From Planctomycetota bacterium (GTDB lineage Bacteria > Planctomycetota > B15-G4 > JADJEK01), in NCBI GenBank assembly GCA_044225365.1, contig JBGAIQ010000001.1:1-64000 (forward strand): a stretch of 64,000 nt of DNA, in the 5' to 3' direction. The notes under the pieces were generated by a model, which had not been told where the DNA came from, searched no databases, and was given only the letters and a program-made list of their open reading frames with translations. The translations under genes and the position numbers were made by a program. Positions 51,769 through 59,798 of the stretch are shown in pieces (position 1 is the first letter of the stretch; the number at the start of each line of letters is the position of its first letter).

Positions 51769-53881
51769 CGCAAGAGTCGTGCGGAAGAGAGACGGCCGCG
51801 AAGTGCCGTTCGAGCAGGCCAAGATCGTGAGCGCGATCTGGAGTGCAGCTCGTTCCGTTGGCGGCGGCGATCGGCTCCTCGCCGAGGAACTCGGTTCCGT
51901 CGTCGCGATGTTCATCGAGCGCGAGTTCCAGGATCGCACGCCGTCGATCGACGATGTCTCCGATCTGATCGAGAAGGTGCTCGTCGAGACGGGTCATGCG
52001 CGCACGGCGAAGGCCTACATCCTCGAGCGGGAGCGACGCGATCGCATCCGTCAAGCATTGCGCGTGCGCGACGACGCCGCGGGTGCGCTCCCGTTCGACG
52101 GCTACACGCGAACGAGTGGAACGCACGCGCATGGGAACCCGCGAGGCGTGCTCGGATTCGGCATATCGCCCGCCGTCGACGCGCATGCGAGGGGGAGCGT
52201 CTCGCCGTGGTCGAAGGCGAAGATCATCGAGGCGTTGATCCTCGAAGCGGAGGTGCCGAACACGGTGGCCGCGGAGATCGCGTCCGAGGTGGAGCGTCGA
52301 GTCTTCGCATCGGGCATCACGCGAATCTCGACCTCATTGGTGCGCGCGCTCGTCGACAACGAGCTCTTCGAGCGCGGCTACACGCGCTGGCTCGATCGGC
52401 AGGGCGTGCTCGGGCTGCCGCGCTACGATCTCGATCGCATGGCCCGCGGGGGCGTCGAACTCGATTCGGCCTCAGCGCACTCGACGCCGTACTTCGGGAC
52501 CGCGCTCGACGGCGAAGTCGCGCGTGCGACGTGGTCGCAGTACTCGCTGCTCGAGATCTACCCGCAGCCCGTCGTCGAAGCGCACTCCGCGGGTCGGATC
52601 CACCTCGGCTGTCTCGCGGCGCCCTCGCGATTCCAGTCGCTCGCGATCGACCTCTCCAAGATCGCGCTCGAACGCCTGGCGCTGCCGTTGCCCCCGCAGC
52701 GGGCGGAGCGAGCGGGTCTGCAGGTGAGCGACCTGGTGCGAGAACCCGAACTGCTCCGCGTCATCGCGGCGCGCGCCACGAGCCTCGGTCACGAACGGAT
52801 CGTCCTCGAGGGGCTCGAGAACGCGATCGGTCGCGAACTCGAATCGGGCGCAGCGCCGCGCGATGTCGCGCGCGGATTCGCTCTCTCTCTTGCGGTGCCC
52901 GCGGGGCCCGAGGGGGTCCAGGGCCGGATCGAACTCGATCTTCCGATCGCGGTCGCGACCGGGTCGCGCGAGGGGCTCGCCGCTTCCGTCGCCTATGCGG
53001 AGTTCGTGCAGGAACTCTTGTCCGCGATCGCCCGCGTGCCGACCTTCCTCGCGCCACCGGCGATCGCGTTCCGTCTCGAGGGAGCCGCAGATGCCTCGGG
53101 CGATGTTCTCGCTGCGATCTCCCTCGCCGAAGTCGATCCCGAGCGCGTGCGGATTCGCGCGGGGCGTCGCATGCCCGGCCTTCCTCCCGTGGTGCCTTTG
53201 CTCGAGCGCGTCGCCGTGAACCTCGCGCATCCGTCGCTGCTCGCACCGAAGGGCGACACGTCGGCGGCGATCGCGCAGATCACGACGGCCATCGAGATCG
53301 CGGCCGAGGCGTGCGAAGCTCGCCTCCGGTTCCTGGCGTCGCTCGTCGGATCCGCGGCACCGCGCGAGCGCGCGGCGGCGATGTTCGGCAGCGACGAGCT
53401 CGCGGTGGGCGGCTTCGAGATCGCCCTCGCCGCGATCGACTCCGCGGCGCGCGCCCAGACTGGAGAATCGGTGGTGCGCGACGAAGGCCGCGAATACGCA
53501 CGCTCGGTCGTGGCCGCCGCGCGCGGCGTCGTCGCTCGCGAGTCCGCGTCGCGGCGCATCCCGATCGTGCTCGCCCTCTGTGACGATCGCGTCGCGCTCT
53601 CCCGTTTCGGCCGCTCGGACGCGGAGCGCTTTCCGCGAACCCGCGATGCCGCGGCCCTGCCACACGACGGCACTCGCTACGTCTATCACGGCGGCGTGCC
53701 GGCGCTCCACGCGGATGCGTCGGAACTGCCGATCGAGAAGATCGCCCGCATCGAGGCCGAGCTGCGCGCTCGCCTCGCTCCGAGCATCGTGACCCTGCCC
53801 TATGCTGCGGTCGAAGACCGCGTTCAGTTCCTGAAGATGATCGACCCGCTCTTGCGGGAGGACCTGCTTCGATGCGCTTGA
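51758..53881 (+). CDS. Degenerate class III ribonucleotide reductase (NrdD)-like protein with two ATP cones, apparently non-catalytic
   Basis: GGAGG RBS and GTG start inside nrdR. ATP cone 1 VRKRDGREVPFEQAKI...AKAYIL, cone 2 PWSKAKIIEAL...LVDNEL. NrdD-like LGLPRYD, QYSLLEIYP..VVEAH..GRIHL, VAVNL, RFGRSD..RFP. No C-terminal Zn CxxC pairs and no RxxGY glycyl loop. Confidence 0.75.
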   Translation: MIRSARVVRKRDGREVPFEQAKIVSAIWSAARSVGGGDRLLAEELGSVVAMFIEREFQDRTPSIDDVSDLIEKVLVETGHARTAKAYILERERRDRIRQALRVRDDAAGALPFDGYTRTSGTHAHGNPRGVLGFGISPAVDAHARGSVSPWSKAKIIEALILEAEVPNTVAAEIASEVERRVFASGITRISTSLVRALVDNELFERGYTRWLDRQGVLGLPRYDLDRMARGGVELDSASAHSTPYFGTALDGEVARATWSQYSLLEIYPQPVVEAHSAGRIHLGCLAAPSRFQSLAIDLSKIALERLALPLPPQRAERAGLQVSDLVREPELLRVIAARATSLGHERIVLEGLENAIGRELESGAAPRDVARGFALSLAVPAGPEGVQGRIELDLPIAVATGSREGLAASVAYAEFVQELLSAIARVPTFLAPPAIAFRLEGAADASGDVLAAISLAEVDPERVRIRAGRRMPGLPPVVPLLERVAVNLAHPSLLAPKGDTSAAIAQITTAIEIAAEACEARLRFLASLVGSAAPRERAAAMFGSDELAVGGFEIALAAIDSAARAQTGESVVRDEGREYARSVVAAARGVVARESASRRIPIVLALCDDRVALSRFGRSDAERFPRTRDAAALPHDGTRYVYHGGVPALHADASELPIEKIARIEAELRARLAPSIVTLPYAAVEDRVQFLKMIDPLLREDLLRCA

Positions 53882-56800
53882 AGAAGATCGAGATCCACGG
53901 CTTCAAGTCCTTCGCGGACAAGACGGACTTCGAGGTCGGCAAGGGCGTGACGTGCCTCGTCGGCCCCAACGGCTGCGGCAAGAGCAACGTCGTCGACGCG
54001 CTCAAGTGGTCCCTCGGTGAGCAGCGCGCTAGCGCGCTCCGCGGCGACTCGATGGCGGACGTCATCTTCAAGGGCAACGGCAATCGCCCGGCGATGGGTT
54101 TTGCCGAAGTCACTCTCATCTTCGACAACGAAGCGGGCGAATTGCCGATCGATCTCCCCGAAGTCGCCGTGACGCGACGGCTCTATCGGAGCGGCGATTC
54201 GGAGTACCTGCTGAATCGGCAGCCCGTGCGTCTGAAGGACGTGCGGGAACTGTTCGTCGATACGGGCCTCGGAGCCAATGCGTACGCCGTGCTCGAGCAG
54301 GGCAAGATCGACGCCGTCCTGCGCGCGAATCCGGTCGATCGGCGCGCGCTCTTCGAAGAAGCGGCGGGCATCCAACGGTTCCGACTGCGCAAGAAGGAAG
54401 CCGCTCGCAAGCTCGAGAAGGTCGATCAGAATCTGTTGCGCGTCGCCGACGTCATGGCGGAACTCGAGAAGCGCGAGCGATCGCTGAAGGTCCAGGCCGG
54501 AAGGGCGCGATCCTACGTGCAGCTCACTGCGCGCCTCACCGAATTGAAGACGGTGCAATTCCTGGTCGCCGGATTCGAGATGGCGCAACGGTGGATGGAA
54601 CTCGTCACGCGCCTCGAGGCCGCACGTCTCGACGACGTGACGAGCGATCAGGCGCTCGTCGCCGCCTCCGCCGAGGTCGAGGCCCGCGACAAGATCGTCG
54701 TCGGCGAGCGCGATCGCGCCGGTGAACTCCGCACGCGCGAAGCTCAGGTCCATGCCGAGCGCGACGGCGCGCGCACTCAGATGCAGGCGCTCGAGATGCG
54801 GCGCGAAGAGTCGGAACGCGCGGCTGCGGATCGTGAGAAGAGGATCGGCGAACTCGACGCCGAGATCGTCGCTCGCGGCCAGGAAGTCGAACAGCGCGAG
54901 GCCGATGTCGCCCGCTTCGAAGGGGAGCTGAAGGACGCGCGCGCGATCGTTGCCGAACGCAAGACTGCGCTCGCGGCCGAGGAGCGCGCCGAGCAGGAAC
55001 GGGCCGCCGAGATCGAGCGTTTGCGGCGTTCGGCCATGCAGGCCGCGCAGCAGGAACTCGAACTCTCGAATCGACTGACCGCCGTCGAGACCCGCGGCCG
55101 CAGTCTGCGGCAGTCGCGAGAACGACTCGTGCGGCGCGAGGCCGAGATCGCGGGCATGCTCGAGAAGGTGCGCATCGATGCCTCCTCGATCGAGAGCAAT
55201 CTCTCCCGTCTCGGGCGAGAGGCGGAAGAGCAGGGCGCCTCGCTCGAGCGCGCGCGCGAGGAACTCGGTGCCCGCCGCACGCGCGAACACGAATTGCGCA
55301 ATGCGATCGCGGAGTTGTCGGCGCAGCGCGCCGGCAAGGTGGCCCGTCGCGATACGCTCGCATCGGTCATCGAGAAGATGGAGGGCGTCGACGAGGGCTC
55401 GCGCATCCTGCTTCGTGCCGCGCGCGACGACAAGGCGCGCCATGGCGGAGTCCTCGGACTCCTCGGCGAGATGTTCACCGTGCCGCGCGAACGAGCACGT
55501 GCGGTGGACGCGGCGCTCGGCGCCCTGGCCGGTGCAATCGTCGTCGAGAACGTCGAGGCTTTGCGACGCAGCGTCGAGTTCCTGCGCGCTCAGGGCAAGG
55601 GAACGGCGACGTTCTTCGTGCTCGACAAGGCGCGCGGACCGTCGAGCACGCAGGGTCCGGGGGAGTCGCTCCTCGAGGGCGTCGATCTCCCGGATCACGT
55701 GGCCCCGTTGTCGATGGCGGTCCTTGGCGGCGCGCGCCTCGTGCGCTCGGAGGACGCGCTGTTCGAGGCGCTCGGCGAGGGTGCGTTCGTCGTCACCGAG
55801 GACGGCATGCGCCTCGACGCGAACGGCGCGTTCCAGGACCGACCGAAGAAGCAAGCGCTCGGATTCGTCGAGCGCAAGGCGGAGCGCGATGAGCTCACGA
55901 AGGAGCTCGTCGTCCTCGAAGAGAAGCTGCATCGGATGGGCGAGGACGAGGCGCGGCTCGCGGGCGAGATCGCCGAGTGGACCGCGACCGTGTCGGAGGC
56001 CGAAGCGCGTCGACGCGCTGTCGAGGCCGGGATCGTGGAGACCCGAAGCGCATCCGAGCGACTGCGCGATCGCGCTCAGATCTTCCGTCGCGAGCTCAAG
56101 GTGAGCGCGCACGAACGCTACGACGTCGAGCGCGAGGAGACTCGCAATCATTCCGAGCGATTCGCGGCGTCCGCTGCGCTTGTCGGCAAGCAGGACGAGC
56201 GCACTGCGCTCGAGGCGAGCCGGATGGCGCTGGTGGCCGCCCGCGAAGAGCGGGAGGCTCTGCTGCAAGCGCTCGTCGAGGCCGCGGCGCAAGCGACGCG
56301 CGAGGTCGTGCGAGTGGAAGAGCGCGCACGTTCGGCCCAATCCGAACTCGCCGTCCTGAAGCGTGGTCTCGACGAACTCTTGCGTGCGCGATCCGATCAG
56401 GAGCGCGAGCGGACGAATCTTCAGGAGCGCGCGGCCCGGGCGACCGCCGACGCGGCGGCCCAGCGCGAGATCGCTGACCGGCTCGCACTCGAAGTCGAAG
56501 CGCTCGTGACCTCGATCGCATCCGCCGATGCCGCCGTCGAGGTGGCGATGTCGGCTTCGCGGGAATCGCGACAAGCCGCTCTCGAAGCCGCGGAGCGTCG
56601 CGAACAGGCGCGGGCGTGTCTCCATCGCCTCGAGATCGAAGAGCGAGAGCTCGACCTCGGCCGTACGAATCTTCGCGCTCGCGCGCAGGAAGAGATCTCT
56701 CTCGACCTCGACACCAAACTGTCGGAATTCGATCCCACGCAATCCCCACCCGCCGAGGTGCTCGCGAGCGAGATCGCGGAACTGCGCGACAAGGTGGCTC

Positions 56801-57429
56801 GACTCGGCAACGTGAATCTCGACGCGATCAACGAACTCGAGGAGGTCGAGCAACGGCTCGAATTCCTCACCAAGGAGCGGTCGGATCTCGACGCCGCGAG
56901 GCGCTCGCTCGAGGACACGATCAAGGAGCTCGATCAGATCTCGAAGGGCAAGTTCGCCGAGACGTTCGAGATCATCCGTGGACACTTCCGTGAGATCTTC
57001 CGCAAGCTGTTCCACGGCGGACGCGCCGACATCATGCTCACCGAGGGAGCGGACGTCCTCGAGGCGGGCGTCGAGATCATCGCGGGCCCGCCCGGCAAGG
57101 ATCCACGGTCGATCACGTTGCTTTCGGGCGGCGAGCGCACGATGACCGCGGTCGGTCTGCTCTTCGCGCTGTTCAAGGCGAAGCCGGCACCGGTCGCTGT
57201 GCTCGACGAAGTCGATGCCGCGCTCGACGAAGCGAACACGGAGCGCTTCTGCGGACTCCTCTCCGAGTTCATTGGCCAGTCCCAGTTCCTGATCGTGACC
57301 CACAGCAAGCGCACCATGTCGTACGCTGACATCATCTTCGGCGTCACGATGCAGGAGAATGGCGTGTCCAAGCGGATCGGGATCCGGCTCGAAGACTACG
57401 AGGACAAGGATCAGGGACAGGTCGCGTAG
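53872..57429 (+). CDS. smc: Chromosome segregation protein SMC
   Basis: GFKSFA, GPNGCGKSN, EQGKI, long coiled coils with a central hinge, LSGGE, VLDEVDAALD, VTH. Confidence 0.97.
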   Translation: MRLKKIEIHGFKSFADKTDFEVGKGVTCLVGPNGCGKSNVVDALKWSLGEQRASALRGDSMADVIFKGNGNRPAMGFAEVTLIFDNEAGELPIDLPEVAVTRRLYRSGDSEYLLNRQPVRLKDVRELFVDTGLGANAYAVLEQGKIDAVLRANPVDRRALFEEAAGIQRFRLRKKEAARKLEKVDQNLLRVADVMAELEKRERSLKVQAGRARSYVQLTARLTELKTVQFLVAGFEMAQRWMELVTRLEAARLDDVTSDQALVAASAEVEARDKIVVGERDRAGELRTREAQVHAERDGARTQMQALEMRREESERAAADREKRIGELDAEIVARGQEVEQREADVARFEGELKDARAIVAERKTALAAEERAEQERAAEIERLRRSAMQAAQQELELSNRLTAVETRGRSLRQSRERLVRREAEIAGMLEKVRIDASSIESNLSRLGREAEEQGASLERAREELGARRTREHELRNAIAELSAQRAGKVARRDTLASVIEKMEGVDEGSRILLRAARDDKARHGGVLGLLGEMFTVPRERARAVDAALGALAGAIVVENVEALRRSVEFLRAQGKGTATFFVLDKARGPSSTQGPGESLLEGVDLPDHVAPLSMAVLGGARLVRSEDALFEALGEGAFVVTEDGMRLDANGAFQDRPKKQALGFVERKAERDELTKELVVLEEKLHRMGEDEARLAGEIAEWTATVSEAEARRRAVEAGIVETRSASERLRDRAQIFRRELKVSAHERYDVEREETRNHSERFAASAALVGKQDERTALEASRMALVAAREEREALLQALVEAAAQATREVVRVEERARSAQSELAVLKRGLDELLRARSDQERERTNLQERAARATADAAAQREIADRLALEVEALVTSIASADAAVEVAMSASRESRQAALEAAERREQARACLHRLEIEERELDLGRTNLRARAQEEISLDLDTKLSEFDPTQSPPAEVLASEIAELRDKVARLGNVNLDAINELEEVEQRLEFLTKERSDLDAARRSLEDTIKELDQISKGKFAETFEIIRGHFREIFRKLFHGGRADIMLTEGADVLEAGVEIIAGPPGKDPRSITLLSGGERTMTAVGLLFALFKAKPAPVAVLDEVDAALDEANTERFCGLLSEFIGQSQFLIVTHSKRTMSYADIIFGVTMQENGVSKRIGIRLEDYEDKDQGQVA

Positions 57430-57516
57430 CAGCGCCACGAGATCATCGTGGCGGGGCCGCGGCGCGCGACCGTAGTACCTGCTTCGCGGCCGCCCTTCAC
57501 CCGCAACTCATCCCAT

Positions 57517-57557
57517 GAAAGAACGAGGTCCGCGACGACGGGAGTCATCGCGGACCT
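57517..57557 (-). terminator. Intrinsic terminator (minus strand; possibly bidirectional after smc)
   Basis: 14-bp stem 57526-57539/57544-57557 with a G.U pair on the minus strand, followed by CGTTCTTTC. Confidence 0.6.
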
Positions 57558-57651
57558 TGCTGCTTCGTGAAAGTGAGCCAGGAGGGGAACTCCGGGAAAA
57601 GGGGAAGAAGGGGAGAAGAGTTTTACACCGTAGCAGGTAACCCTCTGGCTC
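57517..57651 (-). ncRNA. Candidate small RNA with C/U-rich loop
   Basis: -10 TACAAT (57663-57658), 6 nt before the stem GAGCCAGAGGG/CCCTCCTGGCTC that encloses a 27-nt pyrimidine tract, followed by a terminator hairpin. Confidence 0.45.
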
Positions 57652-57912
57652 GATTGAATTGTAGCGGATCGCGCTTGGGACCCGGTTGTAGGACTCGACT
57701 CCGTAGGTCGATTCGATCGCGTCGATTCGTCGCAATGAACTGCGGACTTCGACGCTCCGTGGGGTGTCACTGCCGTAGCATGCGACTCCGTCGCAACGGA
57801 AGCCAACACAGTAGGGAGCGGATTCGCGGAAACAAGCGACGTCCAAGAAATCTCATCGAATGCAATTCGAAACCCGGTAAACGTGCAGCACGCGCGAAAC
57901 GAAGCGCGACTC

Positions 57913-58842
57913 ATGGCCAAGAACCGATCTGCACTTCGCAATTCCCTGGAGTACGGGGCCGTCGTCGCACTCACATCGACCTTTCGAGTGATGCCACGCC
58001 CCGTCGCGTTCTGGCTCACGGATCGAATCGGAGATCTGGCCTATCTGTGGGATGCGAAGCATCGCCGCGTCGCGATCGAGAACATTGGACGCGTATTTCC
58101 GGAATGGTCTCCAACGCAAGTCCGTCGAGCCGTCCGCCAGGTCTTCCGCAACTTCCTCCGCGTCGCGATCGAGCTTGCGATCCTGCCGGATGAACTCGAG
58201 AAGCGCGGTCTGCGCGATGTCATCGAAATCGTCGGTGAGGAGCACGTGAGGGCCGCATTCGCGTCCGGCAAAGGGGTCATCGTCTACAGCGCTCACCTCG
58301 GCAACTGGGAAGCCATCGCCGCCGCCGGCGAGCCGCTCTCCATGAAGCTGCACTCGGTCGGTCGCGCCCTCGACAACCCTCTCATCGACAAGATGTTGAT
58401 CCAGCATCGGTCGCGCTACGCAAGGTCCGTCGTGCCCAAGGAGGGCGGACTCCGGCGCATCGTACAGTTGCTCCGCGAGGGTTGTGGCGTTGCGATGTTG
58501 CTCGATCAACACGCCGGTCGAGACGGTATCCTGGTGGAATTCCTCGGACGTCCGGCTGCGACGTTTCGCGCTCCCGCGGAACTCGCCTGGAAGTTCGGCC
58601 TGCCCATCCTCGGCGGATTCGGCATCCGAGTCGATTCCTCGACGGACTCGAAGTTGCGGTTCCGCCTGGAGTTCCAGGAACCGCTCCTGCCCGATCCGAC
58701 GCAACCTCGTGAGGATGAAGTGCGGAGGCTCACTCAGTCGATGACGGATCGGATCGCTGTCTACGTGCGCCGTCATCCTGAGCAGTGGAACTGGCTGCAT
58801 CGTCGCTGGCGTGACGTGAAGACCCCGGAGAGTCGCCCTTGA
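57913..58842 (+). CDS. Lipid A acyltransferase LpxL/HtrB family
   Basis: SAHLGNWE, RALDNP, MLLDQHAG, VEFLG, HPEQWNWLHRRW. Confidence 0.92.
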   Translation: MAKNRSALRNSLEYGAVVALTSTFRVMPRPVAFWLTDRIGDLAYLWDAKHRRVAIENIGRVFPEWSPTQVRRAVRQVFRNFLRVAIELAILPDELEKRGLRDVIEIVGEEHVRAAFASGKGVIVYSAHLGNWEAIAAAGEPLSMKLHSVGRALDNPLIDKMLIQHRSRYARSVVPKEGGLRRIVQLLREGCGVAMLLDQHAGRDGILVEFLGRPAATFRAPAELAWKFGLPILGGFGIRVDSSTDSKLRFRLEFQEPLLPDPTQPREDEVRRLTQSMTDRIAVYVRRHPEQWNWLHRRWRDVKTPESRP

Positions 58843-59798
58843 TCCCGCCCGAGAAACCGCGCCCGATCGACCTCGCCCTCGTGCGGACGGTCCCGCTCGA
58901 TTCGCGGCCGAGTCTCGTCGAGACCTCCGCGTTTGCAGCGCCGACTCTGCCCGGTGCCGATTTCGCACGGTTCATGCAGTCGTTCCCGCGCATCCACGCA
59001 GGAAACGCCTTTCGCGACCTCGTCGAGGCGATCGCCAAGGCGCGAGAGCGCGGCGCTCCCGTCATCCTTGGAATCGGGGCGCACGTCATCAAGGTGGGGC
59101 TCGCGCCGCTCGTCATCGATCTGCTCGAGCGCGGCGTCGTGACCGCGATGGCGCTGAACGGCGCGGGCATCATCCACGACTTCGAGATCGCGACGATCGG
59201 GCGCTCGTCGGAGGACGTCGGAGCGGGGCTGGACGACGGTTCGTTCGGCATGGCGAAGGAGACGGCGGAGGAAGTGAACGGCGCCGCTGCCGACGCGCTC
59301 GAGAAGGGCTGCGGCCTCGGACGGGCGATGGGCGAGCGACTGCTGCGCAGCAAGCCGCGGCACCTTCCGTATTCGATCCTCGCTGCCTGCGCGCGCCTCG
59401 GTCTGCCGGCTACGGTTCACGTGGCGCTCGGAGCCGACATCGTCCACATGCACGGCAACGCGAATGGGGCGGCGATCGGTGCGGCATCGCTTTCCGACTT
59501 CCGACTGCTCGCGGGCGTGGTCGCGACGATGAGTGGCGGCGTGTACCTCAACGTCGGCTCCGCCGTCGTGTTGCCCGAGGTCTTCCTCAAGGCGTTGAAT
59601 CTCGCTCGCAACGTCGGGCACGACGTGAAGGACTTCACGACGGCCAACTGCGATCAGATCCGTCACTATCGACCGCGGATGAACGTGCTCGTTCGACCCG
59701 GCGGCAAGGCCATCGAACTCGTCGGTCATCACGAGTTCCTGTTTCCGTTGTTGCGTCTCGCCGTGCTCGATCGCCTCGGCATTCGGGAGGGTTCATGA
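58839..59798 (+). CDS. Conserved protein (GSU2086-like; deoxyhypusine synthase-like fold suspected)
   Basis: GAHVIKVGL, NGAGIIHDFE, SEDV...DGSFGMA.ET, VHVALGADIVHMH, GSAVVLPEVFLKA, HYRP, GHHE. Confidence 0.75.
   Translation: MIPPEKPRPIDLALVRTVPLDSRPSLVETSAFAAPTLPGADFARFMQSFPRIHAGNAFRDLVEAIAKARERGAPVILGIGAHVIKVGLAPLVIDLLERGVVTAMALNGAGIIHDFEIATIGRSSEDVGAGLDDGSFGMAKETAEEVNGAAADALEKGCGLGRAMGERLLRSKPRHLPYSILAACARLGLPATVHVALGADIVHMHGNANGAAIGAASLSDFRLLAGVVATMSGGVYLNVGSAVVLPEVFLKALNLARNVGHDVKDFTTANCDQIRHYRPRMNVLVRPGGKAIELVGHHEFLFPLLRLAVLDRLGIREGS

Noticed and set aside
53872-57429. Wadjet/MksBEF-type defence SMC
   Set aside because: Canonical housekeeping SMC motifs and no jetA/B/D or mksEF neighbours.
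53824-57438. 1204-aa antisense ORF to smc and similar long shadow ORFs (e.g. 16233-18896, 36044-38344, 4833-7217)
   Set aside because: Expected artefacts of high-GC codon bias opposite well-supported genes.
57555-57575. SRP RNA (GAAGCAGC on the minus strand)
   Set aside because: The CAGG..GNRA half of the conserved helix is missing.
57574-57651. tRNA-like element (7-bp closing stem, GGAGTTC..CTCC)
   Set aside because: No D arm or anticodon arm, a 5-nt T-loop and no CCA.
57411-58193. ORFs 57411-58019 (-), 57508-57846 (-) and 57567-58193 (+)
   Set aside because: No motifs, atypical composition, and they overlap real genes or RNA structures.
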